Virus record (IMG/VR): IMGVR_UViG_3300037316_000027
Coordinates: 62,821 to 126,820 of that record
DNA: 64,000 bases
Strand: one strand, 5' to 3'
From: a virus
Shown: positions 1-8,409 of the stretch, piece after piece
Layout of the letters: each line of letters starts with the position of its first letter
Position numbering within the stretch: position 1 is the first letter of the stretch
Notes under the pieces: model-generated
The model's input: only the letters and a program-made list of their open reading frames with translations
Database searches by the model: none
What the model was told of the DNA's origin: nothing
Made by a program: the position numbers and the translations under genes

Positions 1-17
1 AGCAGTATCAAAACCAT

Positions 18-683
18 ATGCCCCATTTTCTCTATCGCATCGTTGCTCCAGATGGTCGTGCCTACATAGGTGTTACCAAGAGCCCGAAAAAGCGTTTCAG
101 TGCCCACTGCCATCGCTCTTCGTCGGCGGTCAACGCAGCGATCAGAGAGTTCGGCCGCGCCGCGATGAAATTCGAATTACTCACCTGCGGACCTAACGAG
201 TATATCTACGAGCTTGAAGCGGCAGCCATTACTGCTTTTAATACTCGGCAGCCGAACGGTTTCAATCTGGCGATTGGCGGTCCTGCCGGGCGGTCCAATC
301 GCAACCCGCTTCCGTCTACGCGTACCCGACTGTCAGAGGCGGCTAAGAAAAATATCAAAGCTCAAGTGGCTATGACGCTTGCTGCGACGGCAGCGCGACT
401 TGGGAAACCCCTCCCAGCCACAACACGCGCAAAAATATCTGCGGCAAACAGCGGCACAAAACCCGCCGCACATACGATTGCGGCGTCGGTAGCCGCGCGA
501 AAAGGCAAGCCTGCATGGAATAAAGGAATATCACCGTCTGCCGCGACCCGCACGAAACAGTCGATAGCGAGCAAGAATAACCCGAGGGTGGTAGCGGCAC
601 AAATTTTTGCGACGGCGAAAGCGGCAGAGAAGCGACGAATTATGTCGAGCCGAGCGGGCCGCCCGGACCTGAGCCGCCGGTAG
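18..683 (+). CDS. GIY-YIG homing endonuclease with NUMOD3-like C-terminal repeats
   Basis: FLYRI..DGRAYIGVT, RFSAH, LE..AI, GFN motifs; basic repeats such as TRAKISAA and AWNKG; oriented opposite to neighbouring genes. Confidence 0.85.
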   Translation: MPHFLYRIVAPDGRAYIGVTKSPKKRFSAHCHRSSSAVNAAIREFGRAAMKFELLTCGPNEYIYELEAAAITAFNTRQPNGFNLAIGGPAGRSNRNPLPSTRTRLSEAAKKNIKAQVAMTLAATAARLGKPLPATTRAKISAANSGTKPAAHTIAASVAARKGKPAWNKGISPSAATRTKQSIASKNNPRVVAAQIFATAKAAEKRRIMSSRAGRPDLSRR

Positions 684-870
684 TTGGGGGACCATTTGCT
701 CCGGGCGCAGCTCCGCTCCCCGGCGAGCCCGGAAGAACTTGAGCTGGTTCCGGAAAGCTCGGCGGATCACTCTTGGGATGGCCATTTGCCAACACATCAG
801 CGGCTTCATCATCGGTCACGCTCCGGTTGGGTTTGTCCCACTGGATATTGCTTTTAGATGCTCGCAGCAT
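640..870 (-). CDS. Small Gly/Pro-rich protein carrying motif B (TDDEAADVLANGHPKSDP)
   Basis: Tightly coupled to the 872..1330 ORF; shares motif with six upstream ORFs. Confidence 0.65.
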   Translation of the reverse strand: MLRASKSNIQWDKPNRSVTDDEAADVLANGHPKSDPPSFPEPAQVLPGSPGSGAAPGANGPPTTGGSGPGGPLGST

Positions 871-871
871 G

Positions 872-1330
872 TTACTTCCCCTTGAGTTTCATATAGACGA
901 CATCGGGTCCGCCCGCTGTCCAATTCTTTTCGCGATGATCTTCAACGAACCCGTGCTTCGCGTAAATCTGCGGAAGCCCGACATCGAACGCGTCGAGGGT
1001 TTTCCCGCCGGCCGCTTTCGCCGCTTCGATAGCCGCGCCGCCTGCGCCCTTTTCGCCTGAATTGTTGAACACGCTCTGCACGTCACCTTCGGGAGAGACG
1101 GCGGAGCCGACCTTGCCGTCGTTGCGAAGGATCAGCGTGTGATGGTCGAGTTCGCTCGGGTCGGCGTGAGGCGTGAACATGCCGACGCGCGAAGACTGAT
1201 TGCGCGCAGCCAAGAACTCAGCAGGGGCGGCGCGGCGAAAGCCATTGGGCAGGCCGATGTTGTTGATGCCCGTCGCGTGCGCGGGGCCGCCGCGCGGGTT
1301 CGATCCGTGTCCGCCTGCATCCTTGGGCAT
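872..1330 (-). CDS. KDAxGHGS-tagged protein with a GNAT-like acetyltransferase-fold C-terminal domain
   Basis: N-term MPKDAGGHGSN; C-term GDVQSVFN..KGAG..AIEAA..GG.TLDAFD..LPQIYAKHGF..PDVVYM resembles GNAT-like domains of phage polyvalent proteins. Confidence 0.65.
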   Translation of the reverse strand: MPKDAGGHGSNPRGGPAHATGINNIGLPNGFRRAAPAEFLAARNQSSRVGMFTPHADPSELDHHTLILRNDGKVGSAVSPEGDVQSVFNNSGEKGAGGAAIEAAKAAGGKTLDAFDVGLPQIYAKHGFVEDHREKNWTAGGPDVVYMKLKGK

Positions 1331-1701
1331 TACGAGTTACTCCATTTGGCATCGCATGCGCACTGGGGCCAGAGATGCCATGCACGCGGTACGGTGTGCC
1401 CGACATGGTGATGGCGTAGGCGTGCGTGCGGGACCGGAACGTAAGAGGGCATCACCGCCTGCGGATACGCGAACGCGGCGACCTTGGTCTCGGGGAACGG
1501 CGCGGGCTTTCGTTCGATGACCCTATCGACGAACGTTTCGACTTTCGTTTCGACGGTCTTCACGATCACCTTCGGTCGAAAGACCAACCGCTCAACGGTC
1601 TTCGTCTGAGCTGGCGCGGCGACAGGCTTATCCTGCTCATGGAAAAAGACGAGGGTCACGACGGCAGCTAGCACAATGATCGATGGGATGGTGATGTTCA
1701 T
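1330..1701 (-). CDS. Membrane-anchored hypothetical protein
   Basis: N-terminal hydrophobic helix (IIVLAAVVTLVFF); start/stop overlaps with neighbours. Confidence 0.55.
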   Translation of the reverse strand: MNITIPSIIVLAAVVTLVFFHEQDKPVAAPAQTKTVERLVFRPKVIVKTVETKVETFVDRVIERKPAPFPETKVAAFAYPQAVMPSYVPVPHARLRHHHVGHTVPRAWHLWPQCACDAKWSNS

Positions 1702-2161
1702 CCGAGTGGCCTTTCTGATGGCAGCACAATTCGCTTCTGCGCCCGCGTGCGTCGATCGGCCGATGCCATGTTGCGGATGGCTGCGTTCGGTGCCGAGATG
1801 TTCGACGGAGCGCCAAGCTTCGGGATCACGTCCATCCGCGAGGCGTTAATGCTTTTTGGTTGTTCGATCTGATCTGTCATTTTGCTCTCCGCATAGCGTC
1901 GATTTGGGCAACAGTTTCTCTGACTGCATGCATCTCGCCATCGACGCGAAGAACCGCTTTCGTGCCCGGAGTGTTCGCACGGTCCTCGTCGAAGGTTTCA
2001 GCGCGGGTGTTTTCATTCTTTCATTATCGACTTCGGCTTATCCACGACAAACTCGTCAAGGGCCTTATCGAGCGCGGAGCCGATCGGCAGAAGCGCGTGC
2101 GGGCACTCTTGGAGCCTTTCCTTGTCGTCATACCGGCGTTTGCATTTCGGGCAAGTGATGA

Positions 2162-2392
2162 TCATGATCCGTATCCTCGGTCCCATTCCTGTGCGAGTTG
2201 CCCCGCGTTAGGGGCGAGCTTATCCGCGTGCGGGTTGTCCGCCGGTCGTCCAAGGCGCTTGGCCTCTCGACCCTTGTGGAACGCGATCTCCAGCGGCGAC
2301 ATCGTAGGCGTCGGCGTGAAGTCCGCATGCGGGACGGCGATCGTCACTCCGACCGAATGCGTAGGTTTCGAAACTCGTTGCATCGGTGCCAT
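2162..2392 (-). CDS. Rmf/CrpP-fold-like small protein
   Basis: AFHKGREA..GRPADNPH..AQEWDRGY pattern. Confidence 0.5.
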   Translation of the reverse strand: MAPMQRVSKPTHSVGVTIAVPHADFTPTPTMSPLEIAFHKGREAKRLGRPADNPHADKLAPNAGQLAQEWDRGYGS

Positions 2393-2676
2393 TAGCTTGC
2401 TGCCTGATATCCGCGCTGTTTCGCCATCGTCTGAATGTTGTCGGCCAGAACCGGCGTGGTATCGTAGCCGCCCACGCTGTCGTGCACTGGGACCGGGTCC
2501 GACTTCGGCCCGCTGTAGAGTTCGCTGGCCGCGTCAGTGTTCTGCGTTGACGTGGCGAAACCGCGCACGCCCGGAATAGACCCCGAGGTCCCTCGGACCC
2601 CGGGAGCAGTCACGAAGCCGCGTGCGCCCTCGTCCGCGAGATCATTCGTCCCCGATGTGCCACGTTCGTTTTTCAT
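2392..2676 (-). CDS. Motif-B protein (degenerate N-tag MKNERGTSG)
   Basis: TDAASELYSGPKSDPVPVHDSV; ATGA overlap with upstream gene. Confidence 0.75.
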   Translation of the reverse strand: MKNERGTSGTNDLADEGARGFVTAPGVRGTSGSIPGVRGFATSTQNTDAASELYSGPKSDPVPVHDSVGGYDTTPVLADNIQTMAKQRGYQAAS

Positions 2677-3176
2677 CGCCCACTCAGAAGTCGGTGGATC
2701 ATCTTCGCTTCGCGCCCGCCGATGCGTCGTCCGCTACGGTTCGAGCTGTTGATCGCGTTCTGCACCGCGCCCGCGTGATAGTTGGGGTTCGATCGCGACC
2801 AGCCATTCTTCGCATTGTAACTCGCCTGATCGGTTGCGCTCCAGTGAGAAGGGGCCGGACCCGCGCCCGGGTATGTATCCTGTACCATGCTGTCGTGCAC
2901 CGGGACTGTGTCCGACTTCGGCGTACCACTGTGAAGCTGATCAGCGGGCGCATCCGACTTGCCGCCCCGGGCGCGATAGCCCATGACGGTTGCCGCGTCC
3001 GCGACTTGATCAGCGTATTTGCTGATGCCTCTCTGATCGCCCATCTCCTGCGCGTTGCGCCCGGCCTCGGCGGCGTCCTTCGCGATGAAGCGAAGCTCGT
3101 CGTTGGTCTTCGTGTGCATCGGCGAGCCCGAGATCGGCTTCGCATTGCTTCCGTGGCCTTTTGCGTCTTTTGCCAT
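2673..3176 (-). CDS. KDAxGHGS-tagged, motif-B protein
   Basis: MAKDAKGHGSN ... PADQLHSGTPKSDTVPVHDSM. Confidence 0.85.
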   Translation of the reverse strand: MAKDAKGHGSNAKPISGSPMHTKTNDELRFIAKDAAEAGRNAQEMGDQRGISKYADQVADAATVMGYRARGGKSDAPADQLHSGTPKSDTVPVHDSMVQDTYPGAGPAPSHWSATDQASYNAKNGWSRSNPNYHAGAVQNAINSSNRSGRRIGGREAKMIHRLLSGR

Positions 3177-3180
3177 CTGT

Positions 3181-3450
3181 TTACTCTTCCGTGTTGGGTC
3201 GAGACGGGTTCATGCTCTTGAGCATGTTATAAATCCCGCTCTTGATGCCGGCGGCATCGGTCATTCCGGCGTGAACCGGCACTGAGTTCGACTTCGGACC
3301 GCCGCTCGAAAGTGTGCTCGCCGCTGCTTGATCAGATGCCCCATAGAACTTGGCACGATCAGCTACGGATAGAAATTGCCGAGCGCGAGCGTATGGTATC
3401 TTCAGCGCGCCGCCGTTACCGTTACTGCCGTGTCCTTTGGCGTCTTTCAT
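3181..3450 (-). CDS. KDAxGHGS-tagged, motif-B protein
   Basis: MKDAKGHGSN ... AASTLSSGGPKSNSVPVHAGM; upstream GAGGA. Confidence 0.85.
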   Translation of the reverse strand: MKDAKGHGSNGNGGALKIPYARARQFLSVADRAKFYGASDQAAASTLSSGGPKSNSVPVHAGMTDAAGIKSGIYNMLKSMNPSRPNTEE

Positions 3451-3521
3451 TTTAGAAAAATCCTCTCAAGAGCGCACAGACCGCGCCGCTGATGATGATG
3501 ATGGCGAAAACGTCGGCCACC

Positions 3522-3938
3522 TTAGTAGCTCACGCGGGCGAGAGACGCTGCTCGTCGGGCAGTGTGATCGGGCTGAGCGCCTACGTCACCACTCCAGCCG
3601 TGTTTGGCCTGATATGCGTCGGACAGGTTTTTGCCATAGTCTCCCTTGGTCGAGACGCCGTTGCTATCGCGGTCACCCCAATCCTGTCCGTGACCGCCCG
3701 CCATGCTGTCGTGCACCGGCACCGGGTCCGATTTCGGGCCGCCGCTTGAGAGCGTGCTCGCCGCTTCTCGATCGCCGCCCGGAGTGTTGCTCCATGCATC
3801 CTGTCCGGCGATCGGCGTACCTTGACTGACAACTCGGCTGAGCACGCCCAGCGGATGGTTTGGATTGGTGCGCGCCGCCGCGAGCCGCGCCATCGCGCCG
3901 CTGCGCCCGTTGCTACCGTGGCCTTGTGCGTCTTTCAT
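3522..3938 (-). CDS. KDAxGHGS-tagged, motif-B protein
   Basis: MKDAQGHGSN ... AASTLSSGGPKSDPVPVHDSM. Confidence 0.85.
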   Translation of the reverse strand: MKDAQGHGSNGRSGAMARLAAARTNPNHPLGVLSRVVSQGTPIAGQDAWSNTPGGDREAASTLSSGGPKSDPVPVHDSMAGGHGQDWGDRDSNGVSTKGDYGKNLSDAYQAKHGWSGDVGAQPDHTARRAASLARVSY

Positions 3939-4111
3939 GTGCCTGCTCCAAGTGCTGACCCGATGCCGTAGCCCAGAGTTGAGCCGACTTCGAGTTTGTT
4001 CTGCCCGGTGCCGACCATCGCGGGATGGATCGGTGCCTCGTGAGACTTTCCGCCACCGAGCGCGACCGCGACCTTCACGTCCTGATCGGTCACTGCCGGC
4101 GCTCGTTTCAT
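3935..4111 (-). CDS. Small motif-B protein
   Basis: MKRAPAVTDQDVKVAVALGGGKSHEAPIHPAM; ATGA overlaps at both ends (start at 4111 preferred over 4126). Confidence 0.7.
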   Translation of the reverse strand: MKRAPAVTDQDVKVAVALGGGKSHEAPIHPAMVGTGQNKLEVGSTLGYGIGSALGAGT

Positions 4112-4428
4112 TTCTGTCCTCGCCACGCTGCCGAAGCCAGTCTCTCGCCTTGACTTTGTCCGCGCGTTACGACGCCGCTGATCCGATCACCGAGACCTGT
4201 GGGCGCTCGCCCCGTGGTCGGGTTCGAAGCCCGACCGGCCATCGCATCGTGCACGGGGGCTTGCGTAGACTTCAGCGTGCTCATGAGCGACTGCGCTGCT
4301 TGCGCGTTCGAAGTCGTGTCGCGCAACAGCGTCGGGCGCGGGCCGCCGAACATCCGCGCGTCTTCTCCCATCCGTTGACGGAGAAAAGCACCAGTGCTGC
4401 CGCTACCGTGTCCAAGTGCATCTTTCAT
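4108..4428 (-). CDS. KDAxGHGS-tagged, motif-B protein
   Basis: MKDALGHGSG ... AAQSLMSTLKSTQAPVHDAM. Confidence 0.85.
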   Translation of the reverse strand: MKDALGHGSGSTGAFLRQRMGEDARMFGGPRPTLLRDTTSNAQAAQSLMSTLKSTQAPVHDAMAGRASNPTTGRAPTGLGDRISGVVTRGQSQGERLASAAWRGQK

Positions 4429-4436
4429 TAGACTGT

Positions 4437-4823
4437 TTATCCTTTGATCCGTCCGTTGGGGCCTTCGCTTCGTTCGCTGGGACGAAGGGTCTTATAGCGG
4501 AAAGATTTGTCGTTCCCCAAGCCGGGGTTCAAATCAGCCCCGCTAACTTTCGCGGCTCGGCGCTGCACGGCGGGATCGCCGTGATCAGATTTGAACCGAT
4601 AATCGCCGCCGGTCGCAGCAGCGACGAAGAAGTCACGCCGAAAACCGGGGTTCGTGGTCGCGAGCTTGTCAGCCATTGCGTGGACTTCGTCCGGTTTCGC
4701 GCCTCTCGCCTTCAAGTCGGAGGCGATTGCTTCGAAATGCCGACGCTGCAACTGCGGGGTTGCCTTCACGCCTTGCGAGTGGATGCCACTGCCGGCCGAA
4801 CCGTGTCCAAGTGCGTCTTTCAT
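4437..4823 (-). CDS. KDAxGHGS-tagged protein with small helical phage domain
   Basis: MKDALGHGSA; cargo RRHFEAIA..MADKLATTNPGFRRDFF. Confidence 0.85.
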   Translation of the reverse strand: MKDALGHGSAGSGIHSQGVKATPQLQRRHFEAIASDLKARGAKPDEVHAMADKLATTNPGFRRDFFVAAATGGDYRFKSDHGDPAVQRRAAKVSGADLNPGLGNDKSFRYKTLRPSERSEGPNGRIKG

Positions 4824-4838
4824 GGGGGAGCCCCTTCC

Positions 4839-5243
4839 TCAGTAGTCTTCGCCGGACATGCCGACCTTGTGATACTTGACTTGAACCCGATCGGGGCTCT
4901 TCGGGGCCACGCTGTAGCCCCGGCGATTGTCCTGTAGTTCGCGCGCTACGTCGCGCCAATTCTCGCGCTTGGCATACGCTTCATCGACCCGAGACTTTTC
5001 GCCAGCGCTCAGGCCTTCCGGCTTTTGACTGCCGGACCAAAGCCCGAGCAAGTCTTGAACGCCGCCCGTAAATCGCTCCGCTGGCATCGTCGCGTGATAG
5101 ACCGCGTCCGACATGCCGCCAAACACTCCGCCGCCCTTCGCAGGGAGCGCGTTGACAGCGGCAGCATGTGTCGCTACCGGCGCAGCCGCCGGAGCAGCCG
5201 CACCGCCGCGATCTTCCGAACCGTGGCCGAGTGCGTCCTTCAT
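4839..5243 (-). CDS. KDAxGHGS-tagged protein
   Basis: MKDALGHGSEDRGG; upstream GAGG. Confidence 0.85.
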   Translation of the reverse strand: MKDALGHGSEDRGGAAAPAAAPVATHAAAVNALPAKGGGVFGGMSDAVYHATMPAERFTGGVQDLLGLWSGSQKPEGLSAGEKSRVDEAYAKRENWRDVARELQDNRRGYSVAPKSPDRVQVKYHKVGMSGEDY

Positions 5244-5250
5244 GGCAGCC

Positions 5251-5490
5251 TCACGCGTTGTGGTATTTGCAGTCGTGCTTGCCCAAGACCGCGTCGGCCT
5301 TGTGCTTGATCTTCGATGCCTGCACAGGAGAGAGCTTGCCCTTCGAGACCATCTCGCTTTCGCGCGCGAGCGCGTCGCGGGCGTGAGCCGGGTTCTCGAC
5401 GGGATACTTGCCCGGCTTGCCGTTCTTGCCCGGGAGAGCGAATTTCGACGACGGGATTGCCTTGCGGGTCTTCGCAGTGAGTGCGGCCAT
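5251..5490 (-). CDS. Small basic phage protein (DUF6582-like), first gene of the tagged array
   Basis: LTAKTRKAIPSSKFALPG..KYPVENPAHARDALAR; GGAGG SD. Confidence 0.7.
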   Translation of the reverse strand: MAALTAKTRKAIPSSKFALPGKNGKPGKYPVENPAHARDALARESEMVSKGKLSPVQASKIKHKADAVLGKHDCKYHNA

Positions 5491-5558
5491 GACGGTGCCT
5501 CCGGTAGCGGGATTGGGCGTTGAACTTAGCGCGCAATGGTTCCCGAGGCAACTGGGAA

Positions 5559-5894
5559 CTACATCAGGTCCTCAACGCTGTCGCGAATGCTCGCGGCCTC
5601 ACGATCTGTGATACCAGCAAGGTGCTCGTCGGGCGTCGCCGACTTCGTCTCGACCTTGTCCGCTACAAGATCAATCACAGCCCGGGGCTTCTTCAGCTTC
5701 GCCGCCGTGGTGAGGGCGAGCATGACTGCCTTGACCGGGTCCGCATCCTCGGCAAAGCTCACGCCGAAATGACTGCACATCGCGAACGTCGCACGCCATG
5801 TCTTGCCGCCCTGCGACGGCACAAGCGAGATATGACTGATCTCGCCTCGTTTGGCTAGATCGCGGATGGTGTCCTCAAGCGTCGGCATCGTCAT
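5559..5894 (-). CDS. Hypothetical protein ending in EDLM
   Basis: ORF with SD-like GGAG before MTMPTLED. Confidence 0.65.
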   Translation of the reverse strand: MTMPTLEDTIRDLAKRGEISHISLVPSQGGKTWRATFAMCSHFGVSFAEDADPVKAVMLALTTAAKLKKPRAVIDLVADKVETKSATPDEHLAGITDREAASIRDSVEDLM

Positions 5895-6042
5895 TGGTCG
5901 CTCCGGGTATGCCCTGAATTGGGCGAGTAGTCTTCGGCTCTGCCGGCAGCGGTCGTGCGGCACGGGATTTCTCCCACGCGGCTTTCCGTTCGTCCTGCGG
6001 TATCTGCAAAAACTTCGGGATGTCTTCAAGCGCCATAGCCAT
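5875..6042 (-). CDS. Small protein with LEDIPKFL motif
   Basis: GGAG SD upstream of ATG at 6042. Confidence 0.6.
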   Translation of the reverse strand: MAMALEDIPKFLQIPQDERKAAWEKSRAARPLPAEPKTTRPIQGIPGATNDDADA

Positions 6043-8227
6043 CTCGCTCCGGATCGTAATTTTGCCAGCCGTCCGCATACGCCTCGCCGACCAGTCTGTC
6101 AAATGCCTCGTCGGCGGCGAACGTGGAGTGCACCGTCTCGGATTTCTCCGGCCATGTCTTCGGCGTGTCGCCCTCGTGCGGAGGGTCTAACACTCCCGGC
6201 AGAAACGACGCGGCCTTGAAGAACGTGCCGTAGTGCTGGATGCGAACGTCGCCCAGCTCGGTGTCGCGCCCGGTGCCACGCTTTAGCATGAGCATGCGGA
6301 CAGCGTCGCCGGAATACTTCGGTTCGGTCCAGAGGCTCACGTTCACTCGCCTTCGCCGAACTCGCAGCCCGGATAACGGTAAGACAGATGGATGACGCCC
6401 TCGGCATCAGCATACCGGACCGGGTGACAGTGCTCGGTCCAGCGCGCGATGGCGGCATCGCGAGCGCGACGCTCGGCATCGCCAAGCGGCTCCGGGATGT
6501 TGATGATATGCGCACTAGCTCCCGGCGAAAACAAGAGCGGCGGAGCGAGCCGGATGGTGATGTCCTCGGCCTCAGCCGACGAAGTAGACAGCGCCGCCAC
6601 GAAGACGACGACTAGAACCGGGTGTTTCATTTGATCTCCCTAAATGAGCGTATGGCGTTCACGCTCTCCCAGTTGACTGTGTAGAGGCCCGCCCACGCCG
6701 CGAACTGCACGCGCTCACACGTACCGAAATACGTCAGCGTGAAACAGTTGCGTGGCATAGCCGACAACGCAGCGGCCTGCACGAAGGCTGCGAAAACCAG
6801 CGCGGCGATCTTCATGCCACCCTCACTGCGTTGTTGTGAAGGTCCTGCCGGAGGTTCTGCGCTACGCGCTCGGCAACCGCCGGTCGCGCGTAGCGGCCGA
6901 CTGTCTCCCAGATACGCCCGACCCGAACGCCGCTCGGCAGTTTGCCGGCGAGGGTCATGCACACTTGGACCTTGAATTTCGGCTTGCGGGTCATTTGCTG
7001 TTCCTTGCGGTTTCACTAGCCAGATCACTGGCGATGCGGTCACTAACGTAGCGCAGGAACGTTTTGCGGTCCAGTTCTACGTCGTCAAGACTGACATACG
7101 ACGCCAGTGATTTCACCAAATCTGACACGGTAAGTTCGTGCTTGCGCAAGTCCCTGTCGTGATCGGCGCGTTCGTCTGGTGTGGCGTTGCGGGTCATGTG
7201 TTGTTACCGTTCGTTGACATTCGTGGGTGTAGTCGTTCGCCGACATTCCGTCAATCCAAAACGTCGGCGGTGGTTAACGTCGGGTTAAAAGAACTCGATC
7301 CGGGTCTGATCGTGAAACTTCGGCTCATTGTCGGCAGTGAATTCGATCCCGAAGCTTTTGCCCGGATCGACCTTGTCCTTGCTCAGATAGCCGAAGCCCC
7401 GGTACTGGCGAGCGTCCATCAGAACGCTTTCGACGAAGCTCTGAATGTGCTTACGGCCGTCCGCGTAGTCGTTCTCACTTGTACGGAACACGGCGTTGGC
7501 TTTCGCCTTCAGGGCGGCGAGATGGATCGTTGTGCGCTTGGACATTTGATTTCAATCCTCGTCAATGGGTTCGTCGTGCCAGTAGTTCGGGTCGGTCAGC
7601 ACGTCGGGGCGATACCCGGCGAGCTTTTGCTTTTCGCACTTGCTACAGGTGTAGCATAAGAAGATGTTGCGCGCGTCGTGCTGCGCCTCCGGGTATTCTC
7701 CGGAGCCGCAGGGACATTGCTGAAGTCTACGCGGCATGACACTCCCCACTCGCGATCAGGGTCGCTGCGGTCCGGCCGAAGAAGCCTTGCAGCTTCCAGC
7801 ACAGGCCGGTGTTGATCAGGTGTTGCCACGCGGAGCGCAGCGCCTCAGCATCGTGGTCCTCGCCGTCGAAGCCTTCGCAGGCGGCGACCGCATCGTAGTC
7901 GGTCCAGACGCGTTGCTCTTCCAGCTTGACCCCGGCATCGTGCGCCATCTTCTTGGCGGCGGTCGGATATGGGGCGGGCTTCACGTCGCTCTTCAGTGTC
8001 GGTTTGCGTTTGGCAGTCATGGTAGCACCACTATGGTTTGGGATCGGCGCATGACGGCGATCCGGGTTGCCTCCTTGAGCGCGGAGGGATAGGTCTGATC
8101 GACTTTCGAGCTGACGAAGTGGTCGCGCTCTGTCACGCGGTCGGTTACCAGCTTGAAGGTCCAGTAGCCGCGACCGCGAGGCTTGCGCCCCATCACTCGC
8201 TCGTAAATTTCAGTGCTCACTTTCATG
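6026..8227 (-). other. Run of small hypothetical phage ORFs (e.g. 6026-6346, 6343-6630, 6812-6994, 6991-7197, 7285-7545, 7552-7749, 7727-8020, 8017-8227)
   Basis: Consecutive same-strand ORFs with overlapping start/stop codons. Confidence 0.65.
7273..7288 (-). promoter_or_regulatory. CtrA-type box TTAA-N7-TTAAC
   Basis: Minus strand reads TTAAcccgacgTTAAC; one half-site overlaps a TAA stop. Confidence 0.6.
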
Positions 8228-8279
8228 CAGTCAACATACACCCTCCCGGAGCGCATGCAAGCCAAACCACTCGGCATAG

Positions 8280-8329
8280 TTAACGCTTGGTTAACGCCTG
8301 CGGCACAGGGGTCTTTACGATCTGTTAAC
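8280..8329 (+). promoter_or_regulatory. Two CtrA-type boxes in a divergent intergenic region
   Basis: TTAAcgcttggTTAAC (8280-8295) and TTTAcgatctgTTAAC (8314-8329, one mismatch). Confidence 0.7.
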
Positions 8330-8409
8330 CACCCTGAGCGGCTTTGCTTGCAGGTTCTACGGGAGAGTGTATGTTGTGGATATCGAGAAACGAACAAGGA
8401 CATCAGCAC

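Noticed and set aside
4216-4241. T-arm-like hairpin ggtcgggttcgaagcccgacc as a tRNA
   Set aside because: No matching acceptor 5' strand or anticodon arm; lies inside a credible ORF
640-5243. Tagged array as RiPP precursor peptides
   Set aside because: No adjacent modifying enzymes or transporter; cargoes are long and include folded domains. Not strictly excluded
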